In this document: piece after piece, positions 44,227-52,977 of the stretch
Layout: every line of letters begins with the position of its first letter
Position numbering within the stretch: position 1 is the first letter of the stretch
Source of the DNA: a virus
Taxonomy: Duplodnaviria; Heunggongvirae; Uroviricota; Caudoviricetes
Strand: one strand, 5' to 3'
Virus record (IMG/VR): IMGVR_UViG_3300015615_000629
Coordinates: 432,711 to 496,710 of that record
DNA: 64,000 bases
Translations under genes and position numbers: made by a program
The notes under the pieces: generated by a model
Database searches by the model: none
Seen by the model: the letters and a program-made list of their open reading frames with translations, nothing else
Told to the model about the DNA's origin: nothing

Positions 44227-46767
44227 TTATCCTAAATCTGAATAATCAATTTCTTCTTGATCTTGTTGCTTGCTGTAAGATTGTATTTCAAGATCGTATT
44301 TCTTAATTTCTTCTTTAGAAGGTTCTGCCAATTCTGGCGAGTTTCTTTGTTGCGGTTGGTTTTGATCTTGCGGCTGTCCTTGAGGTTGTCCAATTTGGTC
44401 TTGTGGAATTCCCTCTTCCGGAGGTTGTTCGGGAGTTGGTTGGTTTTGGTTTTGATCAGGAGCGAGCATGGGGTTAGGGCCACCTGCTTCTGAGCCGATT
44501 TCTGTTTCACCTTGACCAGGAGTACCGAAGCCGAGGATGCCTGGATTGCTAGCGATAATTTGCATTCTAAGTTGTTCATATTGTTGCAATTTATTCCTAG
44601 AAATCTTAAGTTCCGCTTCTTTTTCTGGGATTCTTAGGAAATCTATCATGAGATCGAAATCCGAGAAGATGCCAGCGGATTTAAGAGCGGTAGCGTTTTG
44701 AATTCTATTATTCGTAACCTCTTGCATGCTAAGTTCTTGCCACCAAGAGGGAATTGTCATCTTGATGTTGAGGTCGCGGTATAATTGTTTTGGATAACCA
44801 AGCAACGTTAAATGACGTTCTGCTATGGCGTACAATCCATCTTCAACAGAGAGTTGAATTCTACGGATCATTTTGGCGAACTTAACGTCTCTGACTGAGA
44901 GGGTTATTCTCGTTGCATTAGGGTCTGTATTGGAGAAATAATCGTTAGGAAAGTTGAGTGCGGTATAAAGTTTATTTCGGAAATATAACGCATCGTCGAT
45001 TTCGCTCATATTCTGAGCCCCTGGCAAAGTATCAATTCTTGTTTGAGAATTTGCCCGTGTTGGCACCCAAATATCTTCATCGGCAGACGGAGCGAACCAA
45101 CGTTCTTCGGTAGCACTTGCTCCCTGCCCTGTTCCCCTCATAGTAGGAACCTTCTTCTTGCGATACAGCGATTTAATTCTTTCTAAATATGCTTCCGCTT
45201 TACCAGGAGGAAGATTTCCTACATCGATATAGAAAACACGGCGTTCAGGAGCCCTAACCAAACGCATAACAAGCATAGAGTCTTCCATCAATCTCAACTG
45301 ATGGGCTGGCCCTCTAGCTGGCTCGATTAAACTCTGTCCGTAAGGATAGAAAGTATTCCTATCATCGCCGATTCTAAAGTGAATAATTTGATTGGGGGCA
45401 AAGCGAATAGCCGAACTTTGATTCAATTCTTCTTCAGTGGCTTTAGTAACATCTGCTTTAGACAATGCCTGATAATCTGGGCCTTCGGGACTTTGTTGAA
45501 ATTCAACCAGTTTACCTTTGGTGGTTTCAATACGATAAACGCTTTCAGTAGCCAAATCGGCCAACTTAAAGATTCCTGCTTTTGGTTCATTTGGATCAAT
45601 AACTATTTCTAGGAATTTATCGCCATTAATGCAGAGTTGCTTTGTCCATTTCCACAAATTTCTATCAATGTTGAGACGGTCGCGAGCGAAGAAGAAATCT
45701 TCCAATTCTTTTGTCACTTCATCATTTTTACATTTTATTGTAAATAAATGGTCGTTTTCACCGGATTGGCAATTGTGTAAAATAAGGGATTTGGTGGCGA
45801 AGCACTTTAGTTTATCTACAGAAAGGTCATAAACTCTTATTTTTGAATTTTTACGGACGCCAACAACTTTTCGATAATCTTTCTTTTTAGCCAACCAGAA
45901 CATTTCGTCGGTGTGGTAGCCTTTGGTTTTTAGATGGTATCTGATTCCTTCCCATCCTCTGTCGAGCATTTGTTCAATTTGTTTTGTGGTTAAGCCTGCT
46001 TTGAGGCTTTTCATTACTTTGGCGACAAGTTCATCCTCTGGCTTCTTGGTTTCGTCTCTCCATTGGTTGATAAATGTTCTTTCAGATATCCAACTGTCCT
46101 CGAATGTAAAGATTCTTGGAAAAACGTTCTTTCTCAAAGGATTTAGGAGTGTATTTGGTTCCAATCTATAGAAAGGCATTAGGTGATCGCCAACTTTAAG
46201 ATCGCCACCTGCTCTCCAGGTTTCGTCACGCATTAGAACTAAATGGTCTTCTGTAATTACTTCGAAGCTGCCATCGTCTAATGATATTTTTATGGTTTCT
46301 TCGTCTTTAACATATCTTGGATTTTTGGCCCAACCAATGGAATAATCATGTTTTTCGTGGTCATAACCATAGACTAGGAAAGGCTCATCTTTCTTATTTT
46401 CTGCAAGCCATTCGATAGATTTATGTCCAAAATAGACTGTTTGAACGGGTGTATTAGCAGCAAAACATGCTTCATCGGCAATAACCGTCATTACATTTTC
46501 AATTTCAGGAACATTTCTTAATCTTTCATATTCCTTCATTCTGGATTGACGATTGGTAATACTGCTTAGATCAATAAAGTCGCTGCTATCTCTAAGGCGG
46601 ATGGTGCCTTGGGTGCCGCCGAAGGTTCCATCTTGACGGATATCCCGTATAACGTCGGGTCTTAGAACTCCAGCACCTGTCAAATCTTGAGATTTTTGAC
46701 GTTTGGAGATGGGATCATCTTCAGCAGCGTATGTGAATAACTTAAATAAATCAGCCCAGAATGGCAT
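44227..46767 (-). CDS. Portal protein, T4 gp20-like, interrupted by a mini-intein
   Basis: MSEIDDALYFRNKLYTALNFP, SLIEPA and other gp20-like blocks, at about 846 aa against about 520-580 aa expected. An insert with intein blocks A, B, F and G is present. The QNQ/PE-rich C-terminal tail is low-complexity. Confidence 0.75.
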   Translation of the reverse strand: MPFWADLFKLFTYAAEDDPISKRQKSQDLTGAGVLRPDVIRDIRQDGTFGGTQGTIRLRDSSDFIDLSSITNRQSRMKEYERLRNVPEIENVMTVIADEACFAANTPVQTVYFGHKSIEWLAENKKDEPFLVYGYDHEKHDYSIGWAKNPRYVKDEETIKISLDDGSFEVITEDHLVLMRDETWRAGGDLKVGDHLMPFYRLEPNTLLNPLRKNVFPRIFTFEDSWISERTFINQWRDETKKPEDELVAKVMKSLKAGLTTKQIEQMLDRGWEGIRYHLKTKGYHTDEMFWLAKKKDYRKVVGVRKNSKIRVYDLSVDKLKCFATKSLILHNCQSGENDHLFTIKCKNDEVTKELEDFFFARDRLNIDRNLWKWTKQLCINGDKFLEIVIDPNEPKAGIFKLADLATESVYRIETTKGKLVEFQQSPEGPDYQALSKADVTKATEEELNQSSAIRFAPNQIIHFRIGDDRNTFYPYGQSLIEPARGPAHQLRLMEDSMLVMRLVRAPERRVFYIDVGNLPPGKAEAYLERIKSLYRKKKVPTMRGTGQGASATEERWFAPSADEDIWVPTRANSQTRIDTLPGAQNMSEIDDALYFRNKLYTALNFPNDYFSNTDPNATRITLSVRDVKFAKMIRRIQLSVEDGLYAIAERHLTLLGYPKQLYRDLNIKMTIPSWWQELSMQEVTNNRIQNATALKSAGIFSDFDLMIDFLRIPEKEAELKISRNKLQQYEQLRMQIIASNPGILGFGTPGQGETEIGSEAGGPNPMLAPDQNQNQPTPEQPPEEGIPQDQIGQPQGQPQDQNQPQQRNSPELAEPSKEEIKKYDLEIQSYSKQQDQEEIDYSDLG
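45772..46467 (-). other. Hint-domain mini-intein (232 aa) within the portal gene
   Basis: Intein residue 1 is Cys in CFAANTPVQTV (block A). Block B is TxxH, in SFEVITEDHLVLM. The C-terminus is KIRVYDLSVDKLKCFATKSLILHN followed by +1 Cys (HNC). No LAGLIDADG/HNH endonuclease domain fits in the middle. Confidence 0.6.
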
Positions 46768-46822
46768 CGTAACCTTTTAACCTTTCTCAACTTATCTATT
46801 GCTAACGTAACTATTTTATTAT

Positions 46823-47365
46823 ATGAGAAACACAGTATTTGTCATAAGTCACGTAGGAGCAGACGCCGAAACGTTTGTTTCAATACTAAATGAGAACAGC
46901 CGTATAAAAATAGAAAAAAGAAATATAGTTTATAAACATCCTGAAGATTTACAAAATCTCTGGGAAACCAAACATAAAAACGCCAGTTCGTTAGCCGTCT
47001 ATGGAGATTTGATACTTTACAACCAACAATTCCTTTGTAAGAAAATTTATAATTTAGCCAAATTCATTTATCTGGTTAGGGAACCAGCCGGAACGTTAGG
47101 AAACATTTCAATGGCGACCCCAGAACTCTACTACAGATTTAGATTAAGACGCATGTGCGAGATGGCCAAAGAAACTCCCAATGCGTTGTTAATCACACAT
47201 CAGGACTTAGTTCTAGGGAAAGATTTAGGCTTGAGAAATTTCCTAAACCTAAGAGAGGAAATAACTTACGAATTTAAACCTTCCGAGAATTCGGTAAAAG
47301 TAGACAAATCTTGCGAGGAGTGTTACGAGAGATATTTGTATTATTTGAAGGAATATATAAAATGA
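46823..47365 (+). CDS. Hypothetical protein (weak sulfotransferase-fold resemblance)
   Basis: The VFVISHVGADAETF P-loop-like stretch and LVREP are the only hints. Confidence 0.35.
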   Translation: MRNTVFVISHVGADAETFVSILNENSRIKIEKRNIVYKHPEDLQNLWETKHKNASSLAVYGDLILYNQQFLCKKIYNLAKFIYLVREPAGTLGNISMATPELYYRFRLRRMCEMAKETPNALLITHQDLVLGKDLGLRNFLNLREEITYEFKPSENSVKVDKSCEECYERYLYYLKEYIK

Positions 47366-47586
47366 AATTAAAATGGGAAATTATTGCAGACGGGTGGACC
47401 TCGATTAGAACATTATGTTTGTTAAACAAAAGAGGCTTGGTGATTTGGCGATCTAAAGATCATTTACATCAGATTAATCAAGAACAATTTGATAATGATT
47501 TCAAGTTTCTTGTGGGAAGATACGGAATAAACGAAAGTTCTAAATTCGACATCGAAGAAAGCGTAATTAACGGTAGAGTAACATGA
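47362..47586 (+). CDS. Hypothetical protein
   Basis: ATGA coupling at 47362. The track starts earlier, at a non-ATG codon. Confidence 0.35.
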   Translation: MKLKWEIIADGWTSIRTLCLLNKRGLVIWRSKDHLHQINQEQFDNDFKFLVGRYGINESSKFDIEESVINGRVT

Positions 47587-47590
47587 TATG

Positions 47591-47881
47591 TTAATCGTTT
47601 AACTGAGTATCTGTTGGTTGGGTTAGAGAGTTTATCTTATCTCTCTCTTCTTTAATCATTTTTTCAAGCATCTCTAATGACTTATGTGGATTAATACTAG
47701 CCATGATTTGAAGTTGTGGGTCGGCAATTTTTTGTTTTGGCTGTGGTTTTTCTACATTTTCTTTTGTAATTTCGAAAAGAGCCCTTTGGATATGGATGCG
47801 GATGCTGGATAAGGAAACATTGTAAGGTAATTTCCTAAGAGCCATTTCCAGTAATTTTTTAGATTCATCTAGTTTATTCAT
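47591..47881 (-). CDS. Hypothetical protein downstream of the terminase
   Basis: ATG-initiated ORF. Confidence 0.4.
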   Translation of the reverse strand: MNKLDESKKLLEMALRKLPYNVSLSSIRIHIQRALFEITKENVEKPQPKQKIADPQLQIMASINPHKSLEMLEKMIKEERDKINSLTQPTDTQLND

Positions 47882-47884
47882 TTT

Positions 47885-49690
47885 TTACCAGTTAAATTCT
47901 CTTAGTAATTTATCATATTTTCTTCTAAATTGGAACTCCGGTGGAAGATTTTCATCATAAGAATCCAATTTTGGGTCAAATACAGGTTCTTCAACAACTT
48001 CAGGCAATCCTTCTCTAATTGCTGCGTGGATTTCGGCCATTAAATCTGGTGTAATTTGTGGTTTTAGAACTTCATGAGAAATATTTGCTCCAACCGGAAG
48101 ATTTCTATAATTCGTATTTATAGCATACATGGACATTGCCATAGCCATAATAGCATCGTCGTGCTTCCCTTTTTGAGCTTGGGCTTTCTTGGTTCTGGCA
48201 TTAAACAAGAAACTTCTTAGTTCTTCTGTAAATCTGTAACTTCTAATTAATAGCGATTTATTGAGAAGTCTAGACTGAAGTGCTTCTAGGAAAACAGGTC
48301 TGTTTGCCGATGAGGTTTTTACGCCAGGAGCGACTTTTTTACTTTTATTTTCATCATAGAAAATAGATTCATATTGAAGATCATGTTCTAAGTAACTTAA
48401 AACAGCGGCACCATAAGAACTTTGTTCAACAATAACTAGGGCTGTGTTGTAGTAAAGTCCCATGCTTCTTAGGTTTATGGCAAATTCTCTGGATGGAATT
48501 GTGTTGCTATAAAATTCTGCCACTTGTTCCATTTTGTTAATATCGATAATTTGATAGCAACTATTATCGGCAGGGCCACCAGTTCCTTCGGCACAGTCTG
48601 CTCCAATAACGTATTCATGTCCTTCTATTGGCTCTTTCCAAATCCACAAGGCTCCTATATCCCATTCATGTTTTTGGGCTGTGGCGTTACGCCATTCTTT
48701 CATAAGAATTCTAGCGGGTATAATTTCAGATACTTCCCTTGATAGTTGAACGATTAGGTCGGATGGAAAGAAGGTAGAACCGGAACCGATAAAACTTCTA
48801 AGAATTTCTTGTTTCCAGCCTTGTTCACCAAGCATTGCCTTGGTGTCGTTTACCCATTTTTTATCTGAATATTGCGGGTGTTCCCAGTAATCTAAATCAA
48901 TTACATGGAACGGACCTTGGCCTGATTCTGCTTTATGATAGGTTTCTTCATACCAGTTACCTACGCCATTAACCGTGGAAACAACGATACATTTACCACC
49001 GGTAGCGATAGTAGGATAAAGTGATTTCCAATGGGTTTCCATATCAGCGACGAATGCAGCTTCGTCGATGATTAGAAAGGTCATAGATTTACCACGAGCG
49101 GCTTCAGGAGTATAAAACTGAAGTCTGGAGCTGGTTTCTTTGAATAATTTTTCGTGTTTTGTGGGCGGTTCAACTTTCTTGTCATACATCCAAAGAGGGA
49201 GATGTTCTAACATTCTGTCAACAATTTCACCGGCTGACATGGCTTCACGGTCGGTTTTAGAAGCAACAAGCAGCTGTTGGTCTTTTTTGTACATACATCG
49301 CCACGCACCCCAAATAACGGTAACAGTGGTTAATCCACCTTGACGGAATTTGCTGATTATATTAAACCTATACTTTTGGTAGTCCTTGATTACCTTGCGT
49401 TGATATTTATAAGGGATAAAGGGAACCATACCGAAAGCTGGATGCATGATTTTTACGTAACGGTGACAGAAGTAGGGGAAACTTTTTACACATTTCTCTA
49501 TTTCTTGATATTGTCGTTCGGCTGAGAATTTTTCTGGATTTTCGTTCCAATCAATTTCTAGCTCGTATTTGTCAAATTCGTAAAATTTAGAATAGGCTTC
49601 CCATTCCGGAGTACGAACAATATCTTTAACCCTTGTGAATTTTCTGTAAAATTCTTCAAACGGTTCTGGTAAACTTTCTAAGTGGTCCAT
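47885..49690 (-). CDS. Terminase large subunit, T4 gp17-like
   Basis: Walker A is ISKFRQGGLTT, Walker B is FLIIDEAAF, and a C-terminal RNaseH-like nuclease region is present (DCAEG...D). Confidence 0.85.
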   Translation of the reverse strand: MDHLESLPEPFEEFYRKFTRVKDIVRTPEWEAYSKFYEFDKYELEIDWNENPEKFSAERQYQEIEKCVKSFPYFCHRYVKIMHPAFGMVPFIPYKYQRKVIKDYQKYRFNIISKFRQGGLTTVTVIWGAWRCMYKKDQQLLVASKTDREAMSAGEIVDRMLEHLPLWMYDKKVEPPTKHEKLFKETSSRLQFYTPEAARGKSMTFLIIDEAAFVADMETHWKSLYPTIATGGKCIVVSTVNGVGNWYEETYHKAESGQGPFHVIDLDYWEHPQYSDKKWVNDTKAMLGEQGWKQEILRSFIGSGSTFFPSDLIVQLSREVSEIIPARILMKEWRNATAQKHEWDIGALWIWKEPIEGHEYVIGADCAEGTGGPADNSCYQIIDINKMEQVAEFYSNTIPSREFAINLRSMGLYYNTALVIVEQSSYGAAVLSYLEHDLQYESIFYDENKSKKVAPGVKTSSANRPVFLEALQSRLLNKSLLIRSYRFTEELRSFLFNARTKKAQAQKGKHDDAIMAMAMSMYAINTNYRNLPVGANISHEVLKPQITPDLMAEIHAAIREGLPEVVEEPVFDPKLDSYDENLPPEFQFRRKYDKLLREFNW

Positions 49691-49703
49691 CTCTATTATC
49701 TAT

Positions 49704-49856
49704 ATGCCGCAGAAACGCAAATTTTACGATCCAATAGTTATTGCTGGTGTTTTAACTGTAAGTTTTACGATTTTAAAAGAAGTTGGAAAAGCCATTGTTA
49801 GCTTTGTAACATATACATTGCTCAAAAAGTGGTGGGAGAAAAGAGATAAAAAATGA
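49704..49856 (+). CDS. 50-aa membrane peptide
   Basis: ATG...TGA overlapping the start of the M28 peptidase gene (ATGA). Central TM helix IVIAGVLTVSFTIL. Confidence 0.3.
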   Translation: MPQKRKFYDPIVIAGVLTVSFTILKEVGKAIVSFVTYTLLKKWWEKRDKK

Positions 49857-51028
49857 ATGATAAAAGACTTATTTTAGTTGTTATCTGTTTGTCGTTAGTT
49901 GGTGGATTTATTGTTTACAATAAATTTTATGAAAAACCACATTTTTCAAATTTACCTGAAGATGCCCCTTCAACGCCTTTCTCTCTACCAGACAAAGAAG
50001 AAGATCCGCTAGAATCCATTAAAGAGTCTGAACTTACAGAGATGCTTAATTATTTGGCTTCTGATGAATTAGAAGGGCGAATGAGCGGCAAAAAGGGGAA
50101 TGTGGTAGCGGCTGAGTTTATAAAGAAGAAATTCGAAGAATTTGGTTTGCCAACGGAATATGACAAATTTAGGATTAGTAGAGAAAATCCAGGCCCTAAA
50201 AATGAGACTGGGGATGACTTTACTCAAAACATTTACGCTTGGATAGAAGGTAACGACCCGAATCTAAAAGATGAAGTTGTAATCATAGGGGCTCATATGG
50301 ATCATATTGGGTATGGCCCTTCTATGAGTAGAGCCCCAAATCGTCGAGAAGTACATAATGGTGCTGACGATAATGGGAGCGGGACGGTTGCACTAATTGA
50401 AATTGCAGAAGCATTTTCATGTGTTAAAGATAAGGTTAAGAGAACTGTAGTGTTTCAGGCATATTCTGCGGAAGAGATGGGTTTGATTGGTTCTCGTCAT
50501 TATTGCGATAATCCTAAGTTTCCGAGAGATAAGCCTGATATTAAGAAGACAGTCATGATGTGCAACCTCGATATGGTTGGATATTTGAATAAAGGTGTTT
50601 ATTCTCTAGCTTGGGGTGCTGGGGATAGTTCTTTGGACATTAGCCGAATAATTGAAGAGTTAAATGAGAAATACACTTTTGCTAGAAAAGTGACTAGTAG
50701 GGGAAGTGGCGGTAGTGATCATGCTAGTTTTTACAACAAAAGGGTTCCGGTGGCTTTCCTTCATACTGGATTACACCCTTACTACCACACACCAGATGAT
50801 GATGTAGATAAGATTAATTTTCAGGGCATGGAACAAATAGCCAAATATGCTTTTGAATTGGCGTGGAAAGTGTGCCAAGGTGAAACGCCGCCAAAATTCA
50901 ATCTTGCTACTTTTAAGGAAATGGAATATACCCATGACCACGGACATCCTGATGTAGAATCTGAAATTCATAGCTATCATAAGCATGAACATGAACACGG
51001 GCACAATCATTCACACGAGGAAAAGTAA
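49853..51028 (+). CDS. M28-family zinc aminopeptidase, membrane-anchored, with a His-rich C-terminal tail
   Basis: All five metal-ligand blocks are present: GAHMDHIG, GADDNGSG, EEMGLIGS, CNLDMVGY and GGSDHASF. N-terminal TM helix. The tail is HDHGHPDVESEIHSYHKHEHEHGHNHSHEEK. Confidence 0.7.
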   Translation: MNDKRLILVVICLSLVGGFIVYNKFYEKPHFSNLPEDAPSTPFSLPDKEEDPLESIKESELTEMLNYLASDELEGRMSGKKGNVVAAEFIKKKFEEFGLPTEYDKFRISRENPGPKNETGDDFTQNIYAWIEGNDPNLKDEVVIIGAHMDHIGYGPSMSRAPNRREVHNGADDNGSGTVALIEIAEAFSCVKDKVKRTVVFQAYSAEEMGLIGSRHYCDNPKFPRDKPDIKKTVMMCNLDMVGYLNKGVYSLAWGAGDSSLDISRIIEELNEKYTFARKVTSRGSGGSDHASFYNKRVPVAFLHTGLHPYYHTPDDDVDKINFQGMEQIAKYAFELAWKVCQGETPPKFNLATFKEMEYTHDHGHPDVESEIHSYHKHEHEHGHNHSHEEK

Positions 51029-51471
51029 TGGATTTAAACAAACTAGTTGAGAAATTGAACGAAGATTTGAACCGTGAATACATGCATATGCATTTTTATT
51101 TGCATGCTGCATCGACTATTTCCGGTACGGATCGGGAAGAATACCGAGAATTTCTATTAGATGCAGCTAAAAGCGAGCTGAATCATATCCATGAATTTAC
51201 CGATATGATTATCGGTCTTGGATATATTCCAACTCCCGAAACCCTGAGTTACCCCACCAACTTAACTAGGGTTAGGGAAATTCTTGAGTATGCCTTACAA
51301 ATAGAAGACGAGGTAGTTGAAAGATATGTCCAACGGATGGATGATGCCGAAGAATTAGAGAAAGAGGGTGGATTGAATAAAGTTCATGGAAGGTTTATTC
51401 ATATTTTTCTAGAAAACCAAATTATGGATTCACGTACCGACGCAGACAATATTCGAAGAATGTTGAGGTGA
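51028..51471 (+). CDS. Ferritin-like (Dps/bacterioferritin-like four-helix-bundle) protein
   Basis: LNEDLNREYMHMHFYLHAA and AKSELNHIHEFTDMI (E..H pairs) fit a ferritin-like di-metal site. Confidence 0.45.
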   Translation: MDLNKLVEKLNEDLNREYMHMHFYLHAASTISGTDREEYREFLLDAAKSELNHIHEFTDMIIGLGYIPTPETLSYPTNLTRVREILEYALQIEDEVVERYVQRMDDAEELEKEGGLNKVHGRFIHIFLENQIMDSRTDADNIRRMLR

Positions 51472-51474
51472 GCC

Positions 51475-52056
51475 ATTCCCACAGAAAATGAATTTAAATA
51501 TGTTCTAGACATAAAAACCGAACATATTTTTGCCAATTTAGTAGGAACACATCATTATCTTATCAAACAAGGTTATCTTGCTTCTAAAAAAGGCTTAACC
51601 TTACGCATTAGGCAATCTTGTTGTATTAGTGGCAAACATACAAAACAGATTTTATGTTTTAAGCAGAAAACCAATGGAAGGGTTATAGAAATAGAAAAAA
51701 ATATAGATAAAAGGGATTTTAGAGATTTATGGAAAATCTGTAAAAGTAAAGTTTATAAAGTAAGGCACGAGTTAGTATTTAAGGCGGATGGCATTTGGGA
51801 AGTTGATTTTTTCAAGAAAGTGGGGAATAAAAAGGCAATATTAGAAGGGGAAACGTACTTTGCAATGGCAGAACACGAAGCCCCAGAAGGTAAAACAAAG
51901 CCAGATTTTGTACCTGAATTAATTTCTCAAAATTCAATTTATATTCCTTCTCAGGATGACGATAGATTTAGTAGTAAAAAATTATCGAATATTTATTATG
52001 CAACTGATCTTTACAAAGAATTAGAAAAAGATATATTAGCGGTAACAGAAAGGTAA
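51475..52056 (+). CDS. CYTH-like (triphosphate tunnel metalloenzyme) domain protein with no ATG/GTG/TTG start
   Basis: The ORF is open from the codon after the ferritin-like gene's TGA, and in the same frame. ENEFKYVL is the ExExK beta-strand 1 of CYTH, followed by LRIR, GRVIEIEKNI and WEVDFFKKVGNKKAILEGE. The only candidate starts are ATT 51475 (GAGGTG SD 4 nt upstream) or TGA readthrough. The track's GTG 51820 would cut the domain in half. Confidence 0.4.
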   Translation: MPTENEFKYVLDIKTEHIFANLVGTHHYLIKQGYLASKKGLTLRIRQSCCISGKHTKQILCFKQKTNGRVIEIEKNIDKRDFRDLWKICKSKVYKVRHELVFKADGIWEVDFFKKVGNKKAILEGETYFAMAEHEAPEGKTKPDFVPELISQNSIYIPSQDDDRFSSKKLSNIYYATDLYKELEKDILAVTER

Positions 52057-52061
52057 TTAAA

Positions 52062-52364
52062 ATGACTTATTCAATTACAAAAAACCTACCAGTTGCTCGT
52101 TTCTATTACAAGGGAAACCATTCTCATCCGGTTAAGAGAACGATTTTAATCATTGAGTCTAATGAGAAATGGCTAAGGGGCTATGAATTACGAGAAGGAA
52201 GTGAAACTCGCTCATTTTCGGCCGCCCCTATTAAGACATATTCCCGTTGCAAAGTTGCCAGGATGGTAAATTGTCGCTTCAAGAAAGAAGTTAAAAAGAA
52301 GGAACTTAATAAGAGCACCCTTAAAAGGACAACTTTAATTGATTTAATTACAAATGGAATCTAA
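52062..52364 (+). CDS. Hypothetical basic protein
   Basis: AAAGG SD, ATG. Confidence 0.4.
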   Translation: MTYSITKNLPVARFYYKGNHSHPVKRTILIIESNEKWLRGYELREGSETRSFSAAPIKTYSRCKVARMVNCRFKKEVKKKELNKSTLKRTTLIDLITNGI

Positions 52365-52962
52365 ATTAGAAACAGGGGGCAAAATTGATATTGGCACTAG
52401 AGTTATCGGTATTTTGCTAATTTTAATACTGATAGCTGTGGTTAGTTGGATGGCTTACGAAAAACATGTCAACAACCAAATTCTCTGGATAACGCCCGAA
52501 GACAGGCAAAAAGAGGTAGATCGTTCTTACAACAGGGAAGTTGGGGCAATTTCGGAAAAATATAATGAACTAAAGACTTCTGTAGATGGTTTAAAGGATT
52601 TATCCAACGCCCTTAGTGAACTGAATGGAAAATTCACTAAATTAGAAGATATCCTAAAATTGATGAACATGGAGGAATATGCAAAAAAATTAGGCGAAAT
52701 GTCTGGAGAATTGGCGTCAACTAAAAAGCAATGGGAGCATATATTCCAGACTTCTACGGGAGAATTTGTAAGAAAAGGCGAGATTGGCTTTAGCAAGTGG
52801 GAAATAGAGGTAATGCAAGTTAACCTTAAAAATGCCGAATCTAGAATCAAGGATTTAGAACATCAATTTGAAGAAGTTAATAAAAGGTTGTTAGAATTAG
52901 GGGCAGAACCAATTCAAATTCCAGAAGAAGACACTCCTGAAGAAGAAAAAGTACCACTCTAG
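52354..52962 (+). CDS. Membrane-anchored coiled-coil protein
   Basis: TM helix VIGILLILILIAVVSWMAY, then a heptad-rich stretch. Confidence 0.45.
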   Translation: MESKLETGGKIDIGTRVIGILLILILIAVVSWMAYEKHVNNQILWITPEDRQKEVDRSYNREVGAISEKYNELKTSVDGLKDLSNALSELNGKFTKLEDILKLMNMEEYAKKLGEMSGELASTKKQWEHIFQTSTGEFVRKGEIGFSKWEIEVMQVNLKNAESRIKDLEHQFEEVNKRLLELGAEPIQIPEEDTPEEEKVPL

Positions 52963-52977
52963 ACCCTAAATAAACTC

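Noticed and set aside
44232-44579. 115-aa ORF (-) and 78-aa ORF (+) at the portal 3' end
   Set aside because: They are alternative frames of the low-complexity QNQ/PE-rich portal tail. A K/N-rich shadow is typical of such tails.
45379-46171. Several 67-82-aa + ORFs inside the portal
   Set aside because: They are antisense shadows within a gene that has strong homology blocks.
51820-52056. Track's GTG-initiated 78-aa ORF
   Set aside because: It is the C-terminal half of a longer in-frame CYTH-like reading frame. Starting here would delete the conserved ExExK strand.
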